NCBI GenBank assembly: GCA_965209155.1
Contig: OZ242383.1
Coordinates: 1,152,001-1,216,000, forward strand
Length of the DNA stretch: 64,000 nucleotides
Source of the DNA: a bacterium
GTDB taxonomy: Bacteria > SAR324 > NAC60-12
Reading direction: 5' to 3'
Of the stretch, positions 41,159 through 52,254 are shown piece by piece. Below the pieces are notes generated by a model that was given only the letters and a program-made list of their open reading frames with translations, did no database searches and had not been told where the DNA came from. The position numbers and the translations under genes are program-made. Numbering within the stretch: position 1 is the stretch's first letter; each line of letters begins with the position of its first letter.

Positions 41159-41905
41159 CTATTGCCGGCACCCATTCTGCACTTTATCAACGTCAGTACC
41201 ATACGTCTCTTGATTCACTCCACGCGCTATACGCAGTTGTTCGGCCGAAAGATTACTTCTCCGTACCTTGACATGTGATAATTTGGTGCTGCGCGTCTCG
41301 GCATCGGTAAAGTTGGCTTCAAACACGTCAGCATTGGACAGGTTAGCGTTTGCAAGGTGCGCTTTGGTTAGGTTCGCGTTGCACAATATCGCGTCACTAA
41401 GATTTGCGCTACTTAGAATTGCTCCGGTAAGATCTGCTCCTCTTAGGTCGACATAGGGTAGATAAACTTCAAGCCAGTATACTCCCCTGAGATCAATTCT
41501 GATCCTTCTTTCTTCATCACCACATTCCGTTGGTGTGCACAGTGGAAGTCGATAGCGCGCCCATCTATACAGAGATTCTTTATTCGGTGTTTCAATGCCA
41601 AACCACTTCCATGGCTCGAAAAGCGTCGGATCATTGGAAATCTTAAAATTTTGAATTCGTGCAAAATTCTGCATCGCTGCGACAAATGTGCTCCGGTTTC
41701 CTGAAGAAACCATGGTAATGAACGCGTTGCGTTCGTACAACGCGATTTGCAGTTGTCGATCATGCCGGGACTCAAAGAGCGCAAAAATCGCAAAATAAGC
41801 CGTGACTGTGGTAGTAAGAAATGCGATCCAAGTTCGATGGGCATTCTTGCCAACTAAGTCCGATTTAAGTCCAGACATCCAGCTATCAGAGGTATCCTTG
41901 CTCAT
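41159..41905 (-). CDS. Membrane-anchored pentapeptide repeat protein
   Basis: One TM helix. VDLRG-ADLTG-AILSS-ANLSD-AILCN-ANLTK-AHLAN. Confidence 0.88.
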   Translation of the reverse strand: MSKDTSDSWMSGLKSDLVGKNAHRTWIAFLTTTVTAYFAIFALFESRHDRQLQIALYERNAFITMVSSGNRSTFVAAMQNFARIQNFKISNDPTLFEPWKWFGIETPNKESLYRWARYRLPLCTPTECGDEERRIRIDLRGVYWLEVYLPYVDLRGADLTGAILSSANLSDAILCNANLTKAHLANANLSNADVFEANFTDAETRSTKLSHVKVRRSNLSAEQLRIARGVNQETYGTDVDKVQNGCRQ

Positions 41906-41908
41906 TCT

Positions 41909-42068
41909 TTAGAGTCCCATCATGCTAGCTGATACCGCCGAACGTCGATCTCGTCGGCCCGCGCCCGCGTCGTGCCATGCCTGCATCCTGAGCAGCAGGT
42001 CCATGCTGAGGCCGAACGCCTTCTCGACCCTGAGCGCCATTTCGGGCGACAGCGAGGCGTTGCCGTTC
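41909..42068 (-). pseudogene. higA: HigA-type antitoxin, 3' fragment
   Basis: NGNASLSPEMALRVEKAFGLSMDLLLRMQAWHD, cut exactly at GAAC by the IS91-like end. Confidence 0.8.
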
Positions 42069-42378
42069 ATAGTAGGAAAATCAAAAATTACACAAGATGA
42101 TAGCATTTGGAAATATGTGTGTAAAGACAAAATTAGGAGGGATATTTTTGCTTTTTTGGAAGGTTTCCTGGAAGGGTGTGCGGCATGTTCATTTTTTATC
42201 GCTTTTCTTTTATGCTGGTTTGAAATGCCGGATTTTGGACAAAGCGATCCCTGCGTGCCCAATTTGCGCTGGCTTTCGCTTTTCCTTTGATCTTTTCCAT
42301 CTGAACTGGGCTCTCTCCTCTTTTTTCTTTTCTTTACTTACCTCGATAGGAGCTACTATAAATCCCATAATACCGCTA
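42069..42378 (-). mobile_element. IS91-family remnant with internal deletion
   Basis: Same oriIS-like end. Manual translation RYYGIYSSSYRGK...EKIKGKAKASANWAR. Confidence 0.85.
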
Positions 42379-42503
42379 CTCCAGTATTGACACGCAGCGA
42401 CTGCCGCCAGTTGTGCCGTGCCAACAAACAACGAAAGAGTCTTCTCATTTGCGATCACAAGCTTATGACTGGAGACACAAGCACAAACAGGCGTTGCCCT
42501 CGC

Positions 42504-42953
42504 TCACATCAAGCTCCAACGGCATTCTTTGGCAACTACGCTTTCATCAAGATCTATTCCCACTTCTGCTCGCATACTAACAACCATTTGGAGAAAATCA
42601 TCGAATAGATCGACCTTAGTGCCGGGTTCCTTGACCTCAGACATAATCTGGAATGACCAACAAATTGCCTCATCACTTCCATATAACATGAGAACACCGG
42701 ACGCAGCCTCTAGCCTGGCTAGGTCGTGTTCCGTTTGCGATCCTTCATGAGCCAATCGCACCATACGCGCAGCTTCCGAAACAAACTCCGAATATGCATT
42801 CATGACGGATTTATCCTGAAGCGTCTCTCTTGCTATCAAAAATGTGATCAATCCGCCGACCATAACGCCGACGAGAGGTGACAGAATACCAAAGAGAAGC
42901 CTTACATAGCTGCAACCAACATTATCGAATGCTAGTCGATTTCTAGTGTTCAT
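42504..42953 (-). CDS. Membrane-anchored hypothetical protein
   Basis: GGAGAGG RBS, one TM helix (LLFGILSPLVGVMVGGLITFLIA), helical C-terminus. Confidence 0.65.
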   Translation of the reverse strand: MNTRNRLAFDNVGCSYVRLLFGILSPLVGVMVGGLITFLIARETLQDKSVMNAYSEFVSEAARMVRLAHEGSQTEHDLARLEAASGVLMLYGSDEAICWSFQIMSEVKEPGTKVDLFDDFLQMVVSMRAEVGIDLDESVVAKECRWSLM

Positions 42954-43069
42954 TCGTCCTCTCCGAGCGCAACCGGGGTTGCGACGACAAGGTGAGCCTT
43001 CACCGTCGATCTTCAACTCGCAATCAAGCGTCTTTTTTCATTCCTGATCGATTGAGAATTGGCACTTTC

Positions 43070-43578
43070 ATAGTGGGAAATCAAAAATTACACAAGACGA
43101 TAGCATTTGGAAATATGTGTGTAAAGACAAAATTAGGAGGGATATTTTTGCTTTTTTGGAAGGTTTCCTGGGAGGGTGTGCGGCATGTTAATTTTTTTAT
43201 CGCTTTTCTTTTATGCTGGTTTGAAATGCCGGATTTTGGACAAAGCTATCCCTGGGTTTTTCTGGAGAATTTTCAAGATACCCATTCTTCATCAGCAAAA
43301 TAGACTTCATCAGGGGGGATGTAGTCGGCATATTAGTCATCCGTCTCATAGGGAGTGATAGATGGCAGTGGTGGCGCTCTTTGGGTTTCTTCTCCGATAT
43401 GCTTTAAAATTTTTTTGACTTCTTGATGATTGGTAATAAATGCGATGATCTTCATCTCCTTGCCGCAGTTTGGACATAGCAGAAGATCCTCCTTGAAGAT
43501 CTTATGGATCAATCGTGCCCAACTTGCGCTGGCTTGCGCTTTTCCTTTGATCTGATGAACTGCCGCAGTCACTGCCCA
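43070..43578 (-). mobile_element. IS91-family remnant truncated by an IS256 end
   Basis: ASWARLIHKIFKEDLLLCPNCGKEMKIIAFITNHQEVKKILKHIG...RAPP. Direct repeat of 40641-41130. Confidence 0.87.
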
Positions 43579-43717
43579 GATAGTGTAAATTAAATTGTGT
43601 GAAATTGAGAAGGGCATGAATCCATGGGACTTTCCCGGTAGGTTTGATGAAGTCAAATTTAAACCTACTATCAGGAGAAAGCCCCATGAAATTAGAATTG
43701 ACAGTAACGGAATTTAA
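43579..43717 (+). mobile_element. IS256 left-end stub
   Basis: Inverted copy of about 30596-30733, including MKLELTVTEF. Interrupted by IS1380. Confidence 0.9.
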
Positions 43718-45128
43718 CCTAAATCCTGCAATTAGATGACAAACAAAAATGGAAATGGTAATATACTCAAATAGTTAACATCAGAATAAACATTTTGAGG
43801 GATCACCATTTCCATGAAGAACAAAGGTAACACAAGATCGGCAAGAACGAAAGCAAAAAACATCCATATCCGCCAGGGAGGCAGAGACCTGACCGCGCAA
43901 GCAGGCTTGATTCCGGTTGTCAAATTTTTTCACAAACACGGGATTGTTTCGAAGACAGAGCAGACCATAGATCATCAGCGTGGCGCCACGAGTCTTTATG
44001 ACGCGGTGGACATGGTCATTTTATCGGTGGTTGGCATTATTGGTGGCGCTCGTTCGATTCGTTCGATTGTAACAGTTTGGAACGACCGTGTTTTGAGTCG
44101 TGTGGCCGGTTGGCTGAGGATTCCGGATGAAACCACATTCGGCCGCATACTGCGTACTTTCACACAGAAAAACATCCATGAGATGGAGAGCTTGAACCAT
44201 CGGATTCGAGCCGGTATCTGGCGCAAAGCGCTTCGAAGTGGGACAAGCAACGTTGGGGGGTTGCGCCATCTTGTGATTGACGTGGACTCCACTGTGAAAA
44301 CGGCCTACGGCAAGCAGCAAGGAGTGTCTGTCGGATATAATCCCCACAAACGCGGGGCCGCTTCGTATCATCCTCTGTTGGCATTTTGCGCAGAGACCAA
44401 GGAGATTCTTCAGGGTTGGCTTCGTGACGGGAGTGCCTATACCAGCAATGGAGTCGTTGAATTCATGCGACAACTTCTTGCTCAGCTTCCGAATCGGACT
44501 CGCACTCTGTTTCGTGGAGACAGTGGTTTTTTTGTGGGGGATTTGCTGGATTTCCTCGACGAACGAGGCCATGGCTACCTGATCAAGGTCAAACTCAAGG
44601 GGCTCGTGTCGTTATTGGAAACGCAAAAATGGCAAAAAGTGAAAGGGCAGCCCGCTTGGGAAGGGTGTGAGTTTTCCCACCAATGCGCGATACTCGCTTA
44701 CAACATGATGCGCTGGATGGCCCTTTGTAGTGGTAACGCCATACTGCGCCGTTGGGAACCGGCCACCATGCGCACTTATCTTGTCCGAATGGCAGGAAAA
44801 TGGACGAGTGGCGCTCGTCAACAAAAACTGAGAGTTCCGGAAAGAACACTTTACAATGCTCAATGGGATGCCTGGGTCGCGGTTGGAGAGACCTAGCTCC
44901 TTTGTTTCACTCCAGTGGTAACGTTTTGCTGAGATGTCGATCCCCAAGTCCAGGGAAAAGTACGTCTTGAATGCGGATCATCACAAAATATGACGATCTA
45001 ATGCAGGGCGGAAAAACCTTTATGAGCAAGGACTGATGGAAATTCAACTCTCAAATCCTTTTTTTTTTAAAAAATACTGTCAAAGAGTGGGGGAAACTCA
45101 ATCAAAATATGCAATTGCAGGATTTAGG
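43718..45128 (+). mobile_element. IS1380-family element; transposase 43814-44896 appears internally deleted
   Basis: IR CCTAAATCCTGCAATT. LTAQAGL, IDVDSTV, YHPLLAF and RGDSGF are present, but the sequence jumps from FSHQC directly to AILAYN. Confidence 0.88.
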
Positions 45129-45130
45129 TA

Positions 45131-45410
45131 TCATTAAACCACCCTCAGCTGAAGCTGAGGGATTTAGGCAATGGGCTATAAGCCCGACATTCAGCTAAAG
45201 CTGTCATTCGAGCAGGATATTGTCAATGTGATACGGTTGATGGGCATCAGAGTGATTATTGATATATTCATGAATCATTTCATCAGTCACATTTCCACTG
45301 GACGCACTAAAAAATCCCCGCGCCCAGAATTGTCGGCCCCAATAGCGTTTTTTCAAAATCGGTTGGAATTCCATTTGAATAGGAAGTTCCCATGGAACGA
45401 GATACAACTA
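45131..45410 (-). mobile_element. tnpA: IS200 tnpA 3' fragment with end hairpin
   Basis: LKKRYWGRQFWARGFFSASSGNVTDEMIHEYINNH and hairpin CCCTCAGC-TGAA-GCTGAGGG. Confidence 0.85.
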
Positions 45411-45496
45411 TTTCATGGAAAATCTAAATGTGATTCTAATTTTGACTGAAGCTCTCTTTCCGTCTGGAAGACGGAGGATTTAGACCATTTATGAGA

Positions 45497-45585
45497 CATT
45501 AAAAAAGATTTCCGGAGAGGACCGATCGTTTTCAAGTCCTCCCACGATATTGTTCCATCGATCGGAAACCCTCTTCTTTCACTAA
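45497..45585 (-). repeat. Dispersed repeat, partial copy 5
   Basis: Matches about 1839-1926 and is cut by the adjacent IS5-family element. Confidence 0.85.
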
Positions 45586-46474
45586 GAATCTGTTTGAAAA
45601 TCATTTGATTCTCTTTAACATCAATCGAATCATAGCAATGTAAATCATGTTTTCAGATTTTTTTGTTTTTCTTTAATAATTGATGTTGAGTCTTCGATAC
45701 CATCCAAACCAAGAAAAGGTTCTTTCGACGATCCACCTTTTCGGTAGGAGCTGAAAGCCCGTTCTCTGGAGGTTTAGAGTGATCTCAAGTTCACATTGAG
45801 ATCGATTCCATAACCATTGGGCTAATTCCCCTTGATAATCTCCGTCCGTCCAAATCATCTGAATCGAAAAGAATCAGCGAAACATCGATTCCAAAAGATC
45901 GTAAGCACTTTTGGAATCGGAGGCATTGGCATCCGTGACTTTAACCATGAGAGGAATTCCCGAAATATCGACAGCGACATGCCTTTTATGCCCTTTGATT
46001 CGTTTATTTCCATCAAAACCCAGACTCTAAACCAGTTCCGTGGTTTTGACGGATTGACTATCAATCATTGCAGCACTGAGTCCGGGAGCTCAGCCCGATT
46101 CTATTCGGGTTTGCCGATGGAGAAACTGGTAAATCAGGAACCAAGTCTCATTCTTGCACAATTTATTGTAGTGGTAATAATCACTTTGCCAAGGAGGAAA
46201 ATCTTTGGGAAGCATTCTCCATTGACAACCCGTGGTCACTCCATACATAAATGGCGTTTATGATAACTCGTAGTTCCCATTTACGAAGGTGAGCGCCACG
46301 AGTTGAAAGTTCGGGAAGGTACTCTTGAAGTCTTTTCCATTGTTTATCACTGACATCACTGTTATAATCTGAACGTTCCATGTTCACTCCTTGTTATTAA
46401 GGCTTCATTGCTATCAAAATGAATGTGACATGGAACACTTCCAATAGGAAGCTCAACTTATTTCAAACAGGTTC
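45586..46474 (-). mobile_element. IS5-family (IS1031/IS427-like) element with degraded transposase
   Basis: IR GAA(T/C)CTGTTTGAAA. YNSDVSDKQW, WTDGDYQG and PKRWIVERTFSW are spread over several frames. Confidence 0.88.
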
Positions 46475-46644
46475 TATAGTAAGGAAATATCAATGCTGAA
46501 GACAAAGGTATTATCTGGAATTTGATCCACATTACGAAACTCCACAAGAGATCGCTTTGGTATCAAGCGCATTGAAGAGTTGAAATCACAAAGGAAACTG
46601 ATAGGCTGATTAACGCTTTTCCGGGAAAGCCCGGTTGGGAGAAA

Positions 46645-49416
46645 TTGATGTACAGAAAATTCATGAACGCCGGAATTTCACCCGGCATCGCCTTCATCGT
46701 ATTGTCCGTCGCGCTCGGCATCGCTGGTGAGGTGCGGGCAGAAAACGAATGCGGTCCACCCGAAGCAGGGACGCCGGTTGTCTGCTCACCCTCGAACTAC
46801 GATGCGGCCGTGGATGGCAACATCGTGTACTACCCTGGCAAGGCGCACGGGGGCGATTTCACCATCCATCTCACCGATGGCCTGCCGGGACGCTACGACC
46901 GGGACGACCCCGACGACGACCAACTGGTTTTTCCCGGAGAGGGAGATCCCCTTTTCAGCGCCGTCAGGATCGAGATGGATGTGGAGCATACGGGTGACGT
47001 CTCGTTATTCTCTGCCGCCGACGTGACCTCGAATGCGAGAGGGATTTCAGTCGCCCATTACGGGAAGTCGGGGGCGATGCGCACGGAAATCGCAGGCGGC
47101 ACTTTCTTGATCACGAGCGATTGGCTGAGAGCTTTCGCCATCCATAGCTATCGAGGCGATGAATTTGACGCAAACGACGAGTTCAGCGGCGACCACGATC
47201 TCATCGTGCGCGACGTTGACGTTGATTTGGAAGGGGGATGGGCCGGCGTCCTGGGAGCCCAACTCGTCAAGGGAGACCTTCGGGTCTCCGTGCGGGACTC
47301 CGAGATCGAGGTCGATTCCCATTGGGCCACCGGCATATTCGGTAGCCATCGCAGCACCGGAGACGTCGACATCGACGTCCAGAATGTTAACGTAGCTGTC
47401 AGCGGCACCAGTACGATTGACGGAATCTACGGCTATCATCTTGGCAGAGGCAATACCCGCATCGCCGTGCGGAACAGCACCATCGACGTCAAGGCCCAAG
47501 ACCCGTTCTCAGACGGTATTTCCTTTCTCTATACGAAAGGGCAGGGTGGAGATCTCTCCTTTGACGTGCGAGACGTCGAGATCGATGTCTCCAGCACCCA
47601 CGGGATCTACCATATGGGCAGCAACGAGGAAGGGGGGAGGTATTTTGATGGCATTTGGGCTGGATACTGGGCAGAAGAAGGCGACATTCACGTCGACGTG
47701 CGAGACGCTGGTATCGTGGTGAAAGGCGCGGATTCCGGCGGAATGTCCTTCATCCATGACAGTAAAGGCGACATCGACATAGCGGCGCGCAACGTCGACA
47801 TCGAGGTCGCAGGCAACCGTTCCGTGGGCATTGGCGGAGGCCAACGCTTCGACGGCACCGGCGACATCCGCATTGACGTTCGCGATTCGACGGTCCTGGC
47901 CACGGGAGAAACCGTCGCGGGCATCCGGGCGTTCAACTTCACGGGTGACGGCCGCATTGGCATTCGCGTCGACGGCGGAACAATCAGCGCCAAGGGCGAA
48001 GACAGTTCCGGCATCCTGGTCGGCCTCACCGGTCGGTTATTCGAGGACAGGACGGAGCCGGTCCAGGCCCCGGCCCTGCGGGACGTCACGGTGAACCCGA
48101 GCGCTGACACACGCCGGGATGCAGCCGCCCAGGACGTCGTCGTGAACGGACGCGTGCGGGGTGGCACGGGTATTGGGGCGGGAGTCCGCCTTTACGGAGG
48201 CGGCCGGGTTGAGATTGGCCCCCAGGGTAGCGTCGGCGCGGACTCGGGCGTCGCCATTCGGGCCGAGGCAGAAGGAGCTGCGTTGCATGTCGAGGCGTGG
48301 TTGGACGGACGCCGGGCGAGCGATGCGATCGCCGGCGAGATCAGGAACGACGACGGCCGGACCACGGTCGTCGTCAACGGGGTGCTCCTGCACGACGGCA
48401 CGACGGGTGCGACGGGCGCATGGGCGCCGAACGGTGTGCGCGACGTATCTCTCACGGGCTCGGAGACCGTCGCGGGACGAGCATTCCTGCCGGCGGATTT
48501 CCTGACCTCCTCATATAGGCCACGGGCGGCAGTCTACGAGGCGCTGCCCGGTTTCATGCTGCGGCTGGACAACCGGGAGGTAGTCGGGAATCGCTTGCAC
48601 GGGCATAACTCGCCCACGTGGTTCAGGATTTCGGGCGGCCAGGGTTCCTATACTCCGGATCACTCACTTGTCGGCGCGGCTTACGATTTCGGACGCTTCG
48701 AGGCCGAGGCGGGTGTGGAGTTTGATCTTTCCCGGGAAGAGAACGTGACCGGTTGGGCCTCGCTTCGTCATACACGGGGCTCGGCGGACGTGTCCGCACC
48801 GACGGGCGGAGGAAAGATCGAGGCCATGGGTTACGGCGCCTCTTTCGGGCTCTCCTGGCAAAATGCCACCGGCTACTATACGAACGGGCTCATTTCGATG
48901 ACCCGCTACGAGACGGACCTGAGTGCAGACGGCCGGGGTGTCTTGGTAGAGGGTGCAGACGCGATGGTCCGTTCCCTCGGAGTCGAGGCCGGCCGGCGTT
49001 TCTCGTTCGTGGACAACCTGTCTTTGACGCCCCGGGCGTGGTCGACTTACTCGGACGTTTCGATGGACGGCTTCCGGGACGTGGTCGGGTCGCGGGTCTC
49101 ACTCCTCAAATCGGCGCGGTCCATCGTTGGTCTCGGCATCGTTACGGAATACGCGCATTCTTTGGACGGTAGCAAACAGCAACTTATCCTGCACGGCCGG
49201 CTAGGCGTGGAACAGGTGCTTGGGGATGCGGAGACCGTGGCGGACGTCTCGAGGGAGCGTCTCGTCTCGAAAGCTCCCTGGACCCGGGGAATGCTGGACC
49301 TGGGCGCAGTTTACCGCTGGAAACGTTGGTCGCTGGGCGGAGAAGTTTCCGCCTCCGGCTTGGGTACGGATGACAGAGGCTATGCCGCCAGCCTCCACCT
49401 CGGAATGCAGTTCTAG
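46645..49416 (+). CDS. Autotransporter (type Va) with beta-helix-like passenger
   Basis: Signal peptide, repeated G-D-I-x-I-D-V-R-D strands, AAVYEALPG linker and C-terminal barrel ending LGMQF. Visibly higher GC than the flanks. Confidence 0.9.
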   Translation: MMYRKFMNAGISPGIAFIVLSVALGIAGEVRAENECGPPEAGTPVVCSPSNYDAAVDGNIVYYPGKAHGGDFTIHLTDGLPGRYDRDDPDDDQLVFPGEGDPLFSAVRIEMDVEHTGDVSLFSAADVTSNARGISVAHYGKSGAMRTEIAGGTFLITSDWLRAFAIHSYRGDEFDANDEFSGDHDLIVRDVDVDLEGGWAGVLGAQLVKGDLRVSVRDSEIEVDSHWATGIFGSHRSTGDVDIDVQNVNVAVSGTSTIDGIYGYHLGRGNTRIAVRNSTIDVKAQDPFSDGISFLYTKGQGGDLSFDVRDVEIDVSSTHGIYHMGSNEEGGRYFDGIWAGYWAEEGDIHVDVRDAGIVVKGADSGGMSFIHDSKGDIDIAARNVDIEVAGNRSVGIGGGQRFDGTGDIRIDVRDSTVLATGETVAGIRAFNFTGDGRIGIRVDGGTISAKGEDSSGILVGLTGRLFEDRTEPVQAPALRDVTVNPSADTRRDAAAQDVVVNGRVRGGTGIGAGVRLYGGGRVEIGPQGSVGADSGVAIRAEAEGAALHVEAWLDGRRASDAIAGEIRNDDGRTTVVVNGVLLHDGTTGATGAWAPNGVRDVSLTGSETVAGRAFLPADFLTSSYRPRAAVYEALPGFMLRLDNREVVGNRLHGHNSPTWFRISGGQGSYTPDHSLVGAAYDFGRFEAEAGVEFDLSREENVTGWASLRHTRGSADVSAPTGGGKIEAMGYGASFGLSWQNATGYYTNGLISMTRYETDLSADGRGVLVEGADAMVRSLGVEAGRRFSFVDNLSLTPRAWSTYSDVSMDGFRDVVGSRVSLLKSARSIVGLGIVTEYAHSLDGSKQQLILHGRLGVEQVLGDAETVADVSRERLVSKAPWTRGMLDLGAVYRWKRWSLGGEVSASGLGTDDRGYAASLHLGMQF

Positions 49417-49575
49417 GGTGCGACCGGACGATCGCCATCAAAAGACCGAGGATGTTACCAAGTTGACGATATTCTCCGCTTTTTAAAACTCCACGCGCGG
49501 AGGGTTATTGGAGAGAGCCATGAAAACCCCAGGCCCGCCACGCGGAGAGGTGCGAATTTTCTTGACAACAAGTGG

Positions 49576-50025
49576 TCAGATATCCGTCTGCGAAGAATTG
49601 GAATCCGTGTCAAAAAATCGCGAAAAAGCCCGGTGTTCAAAGAACTCTGACATGGAACTTTGATCTTCGTCCTTGGAAAAGCCCCAGTGATGACCGCGTT
49701 TGCCACCTCGATGGTGTCTTCCTTTCCCTTTCCAACGATCATTGCGCATTTCTTTCAACTGCTCCAATTGCTCCAATTGCTCTTCACTGAGCACCGCTTC
49801 GAATTGTTCGCGGGTCTCTTGACGCAGCGCGCGTAACTCTTTTTGCAACGCTTCTTCTTTCATTTCAGATTCTTCAAAAATCTTACGCAAACTGTCTACC
49901 TGCTCATCACTGAGTTCCAGTCGCTCTTGCAACCGGTCCAGATAGCCTTCGATGGAATGCGCAGCCACCACGACTCCTACCAACAAACTGACACCAATCA
50001 AACTTCCAACAATCATTTTTTTCAT
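49576..50025 (-). CDS. Spy/CpxP-like periplasmic protein
   Basis: Signal peptide, LELSDEQ and VLSEEQ (LTxxQ-like) motifs. Confidence 0.7.
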   Translation of the reverse strand: MKKMIVGSLIGVSLLVGVVVAAHSIEGYLDRLQERLELSDEQVDSLRKIFEESEMKEEALQKELRALRQETREQFEAVLSEEQLEQLEQLKEMRNDRWKGKGRHHRGGKRGHHWGFSKDEDQSSMSEFFEHRAFSRFFDTDSNSSQTDI

Positions 50026-50439
50026 AGTTTCCTCATTTCAATCAGGATTGATAAACAGGACGTCGACCTTCGACATCCACTGAGGCCAGTATAAACAATC
50101 CAATGTTTTTTGAGGGTCAACGGAGTGTAAAGTTTTTGTAAATAATTTCGATCTGCTTCCAGCATCAATTATTGACGGAAGCCATTTTTTATGGATTGTC
50201 GAAATATAATCGAAAGTCGGGGATAGTCTGAATTTGCAGGCAATGAAGAGGTTATTGCCAACCCGCATCAGATCGTGCTATGCGGTATTGGCAATGAAGT
50301 TCTTGAAGGGTAGTTGTCGACGATCGAAGTTTTTCAGCCCTGGTTGGCCAGTTCATCATTTCCCTGACCATTCGAGGCATGCCACATGACTTGCTCAATG
50401 GGGTTGTGGTCAAATTGGTCCACTCCATCCAAGACTTGA

Positions 50440-51123
50440 TCAGAATGCGAAGTACGCCCCGAGATGGGCGCGATGTTCGTCCACACCATGATCCTCACTG
50501 AGTGGCAGGTACAGGTATTCGATGCGCAACGAAGCCGTGTCGGTTACCGGCACGTCGAGGCCGCCTCCCAGGAGAAGCCCAAGACCGTTGTCGTCTTCAA
50601 AATCCGCTGGCACGGCTGCCGTCCTGTTCGCGATCGTTATCTTTCCCGTATTCACGAATTCATCGTCCCATCGCCTCATCCCGATTTTGACGAAAGGCAC
50701 GAAGGAGGAATCCATCGAGAATTGCCTCACGAGGGCAGCGTACAGTGACCAACGCCTGACCTTGCCCTTGAAATCAAAGGATACCTCCAATCCGTCAATC
50801 GTTCCTGCCAGTTCCAGCCTCTGGTTCAATTCGCCGCTGCCAAGATAACCAACCTCTATTGCGAAGTCGTCATTCAAGTTGTACCCCGCATAGGCGCTCC
50901 AGGCGAACACCCGGTCGTCAGTCGACAAGGACAGGTTTTCAATACCGGTATCCCCCTCCTGGCGTAGTTCATTCTCAAAATTTCCGGTTCGCTCTTCCAA
51001 ATCCGGAAAAAACGCCATCCCTGAAGACGCACCCACGTACAGATCACCCACGCGCTCCTGCGGGTAGACTGAGGTCGCCATCAGTACCGCGCATATCGCC
51101 GTCAACCACGTCAATGTTTTCAT
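50440..51123 (-). CDS. Outer membrane beta-barrel protein (OmpA-like transmembrane domain)
   Basis: Signal peptide, YVGASSG, GYNLNDDFAIEVGY, LRIEY and terminal YFAF. Confidence 0.88.
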   Translation of the reverse strand: MKTLTWLTAICAVLMATSVYPQERVGDLYVGASSGMAFFPDLEERTGNFENELRQEGDTGIENLSLSTDDRVFAWSAYAGYNLNDDFAIEVGYLGSGELNQRLELAGTIDGLEVSFDFKGKVRRWSLYAALVRQFSMDSSFVPFVKIGMRRWDDEFVNTGKITIANRTAAVPADFEDDNGLGLLLGGGLDVPVTDTASLRIEYLYLPLSEDHGVDEHRAHLGAYFAF

Positions 51124-51401
51124 GATAGTCTCCTCTCATACTATGGAATTGAATTAAGGATTCAGGTCTTTTCAGAAACCGGTTGGTTGAATGACCTGAA
51201 TTCGAAAATTCTCATTTATGAATAGGAGTATCAAGCGTATTTGTCAAACTCGCCAATGAAGATGCCCGTTTGCGGTCTCAATGCATAACCCTTAATACGA
51301 ATCATTCGTCATGAATAATTGAGGAAGAGTTGAACCAGGAGTCTAAAGCAGATAGAATACTGATTTATAAACGAATCAAAAACCCTTTGTAAGGAAACTA
51401 A

Positions 51402-52175
51402 ATGAAAAAAATATTTCTTATCATCATTTTATTCGTTTTCGTTCACCCGGTATATTCCAAAACAGCGTCTCTCGTATTATGGGATTCCGAAGAAAGCCTG
51501 AATCGACTTGCACGGTCCACTCATAAAAAAGATTTTTCCAGTTGAGTAATCATTTTGTCAGTCAGAACAATAAAATTTTCTGCGGTCTGGCATCTTCTGC
51601 CATGGTCTTGAACACATTGAGACTCGGGAAAAAAGACAATCTTCCAGAAGACAATCAATCAATTGCTAAAAAGGAATTATTCTGGCTCCCTAAAGGGTTC
51701 AATCCTTTTTTCGGTTAATATACATCCAACAACGTTCTCAGTGATGAAACTAAAACCAGAGGGGAGGTCTTGGGAAAACCTATCGATATCGAAGGAGACT
51801 TAAAAAGCGATTATGGATTGCAGTTAAGACAACTGGCCGGGGTTTTACGTTCTCATTTACTGGACGTCACGTTGCGTGTAGTTGACGACAATGCGGACCT
51901 GGACAGGATTAAAAAATGAAATAATTGAAAACATGGCCACCCGAGATGATTATGTTTTGGTCAACTATGCCAGAAAATCTCTCGGACAAACGGGGGGCGG
52001 TCATATTTCACCACTTGGAGCTTACGATAAGGAAAGTGATTCTTTCTTGATCATTGACGTGAACCCCAACAGGGCACCCTGGGTTTGGGTTAAATCCGAT
52101 GATTTGATCAGTGCCATGCAGACCTTCGACACTGTGGAAAACCGGGGATTCCTTTTGATCAAAGAAGGAATTTGA
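51402..52175 (+). pseudogene. Phytochelatin synthase-family protein, disrupted
   Basis: Signal peptide, QNNKIFCGLASSAMVLN, GGGHISPLGAYD and IDVNP. Frameshifts near 51535 and 51913, in-frame TAA at 51716. Confidence 0.88.
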
Positions 52176-52254
52176 AAACCTTGAAGGGTGCGATCCAAGG
52201 TCGGATCCCTTGACCTGCAAGTAGATCCGACACCCTGGGGAGAGAATTCAGTCT

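Noticed and set aside
39788..41905. Qnr-type quinolone resistance genes mobilised by ISCR
   Set aside because: Both proteins have N-terminal membrane segments and shorter repeat blocks, unlike soluble all-repeat Qnr proteins.
41909..42262. 117-aa ORF, and similar ORFs 40687-40875, 42992-43303, 43333-43656 and 30656-30961
   Set aside because: Chimeric read-through across IS ends and gene fragments, not real genes.
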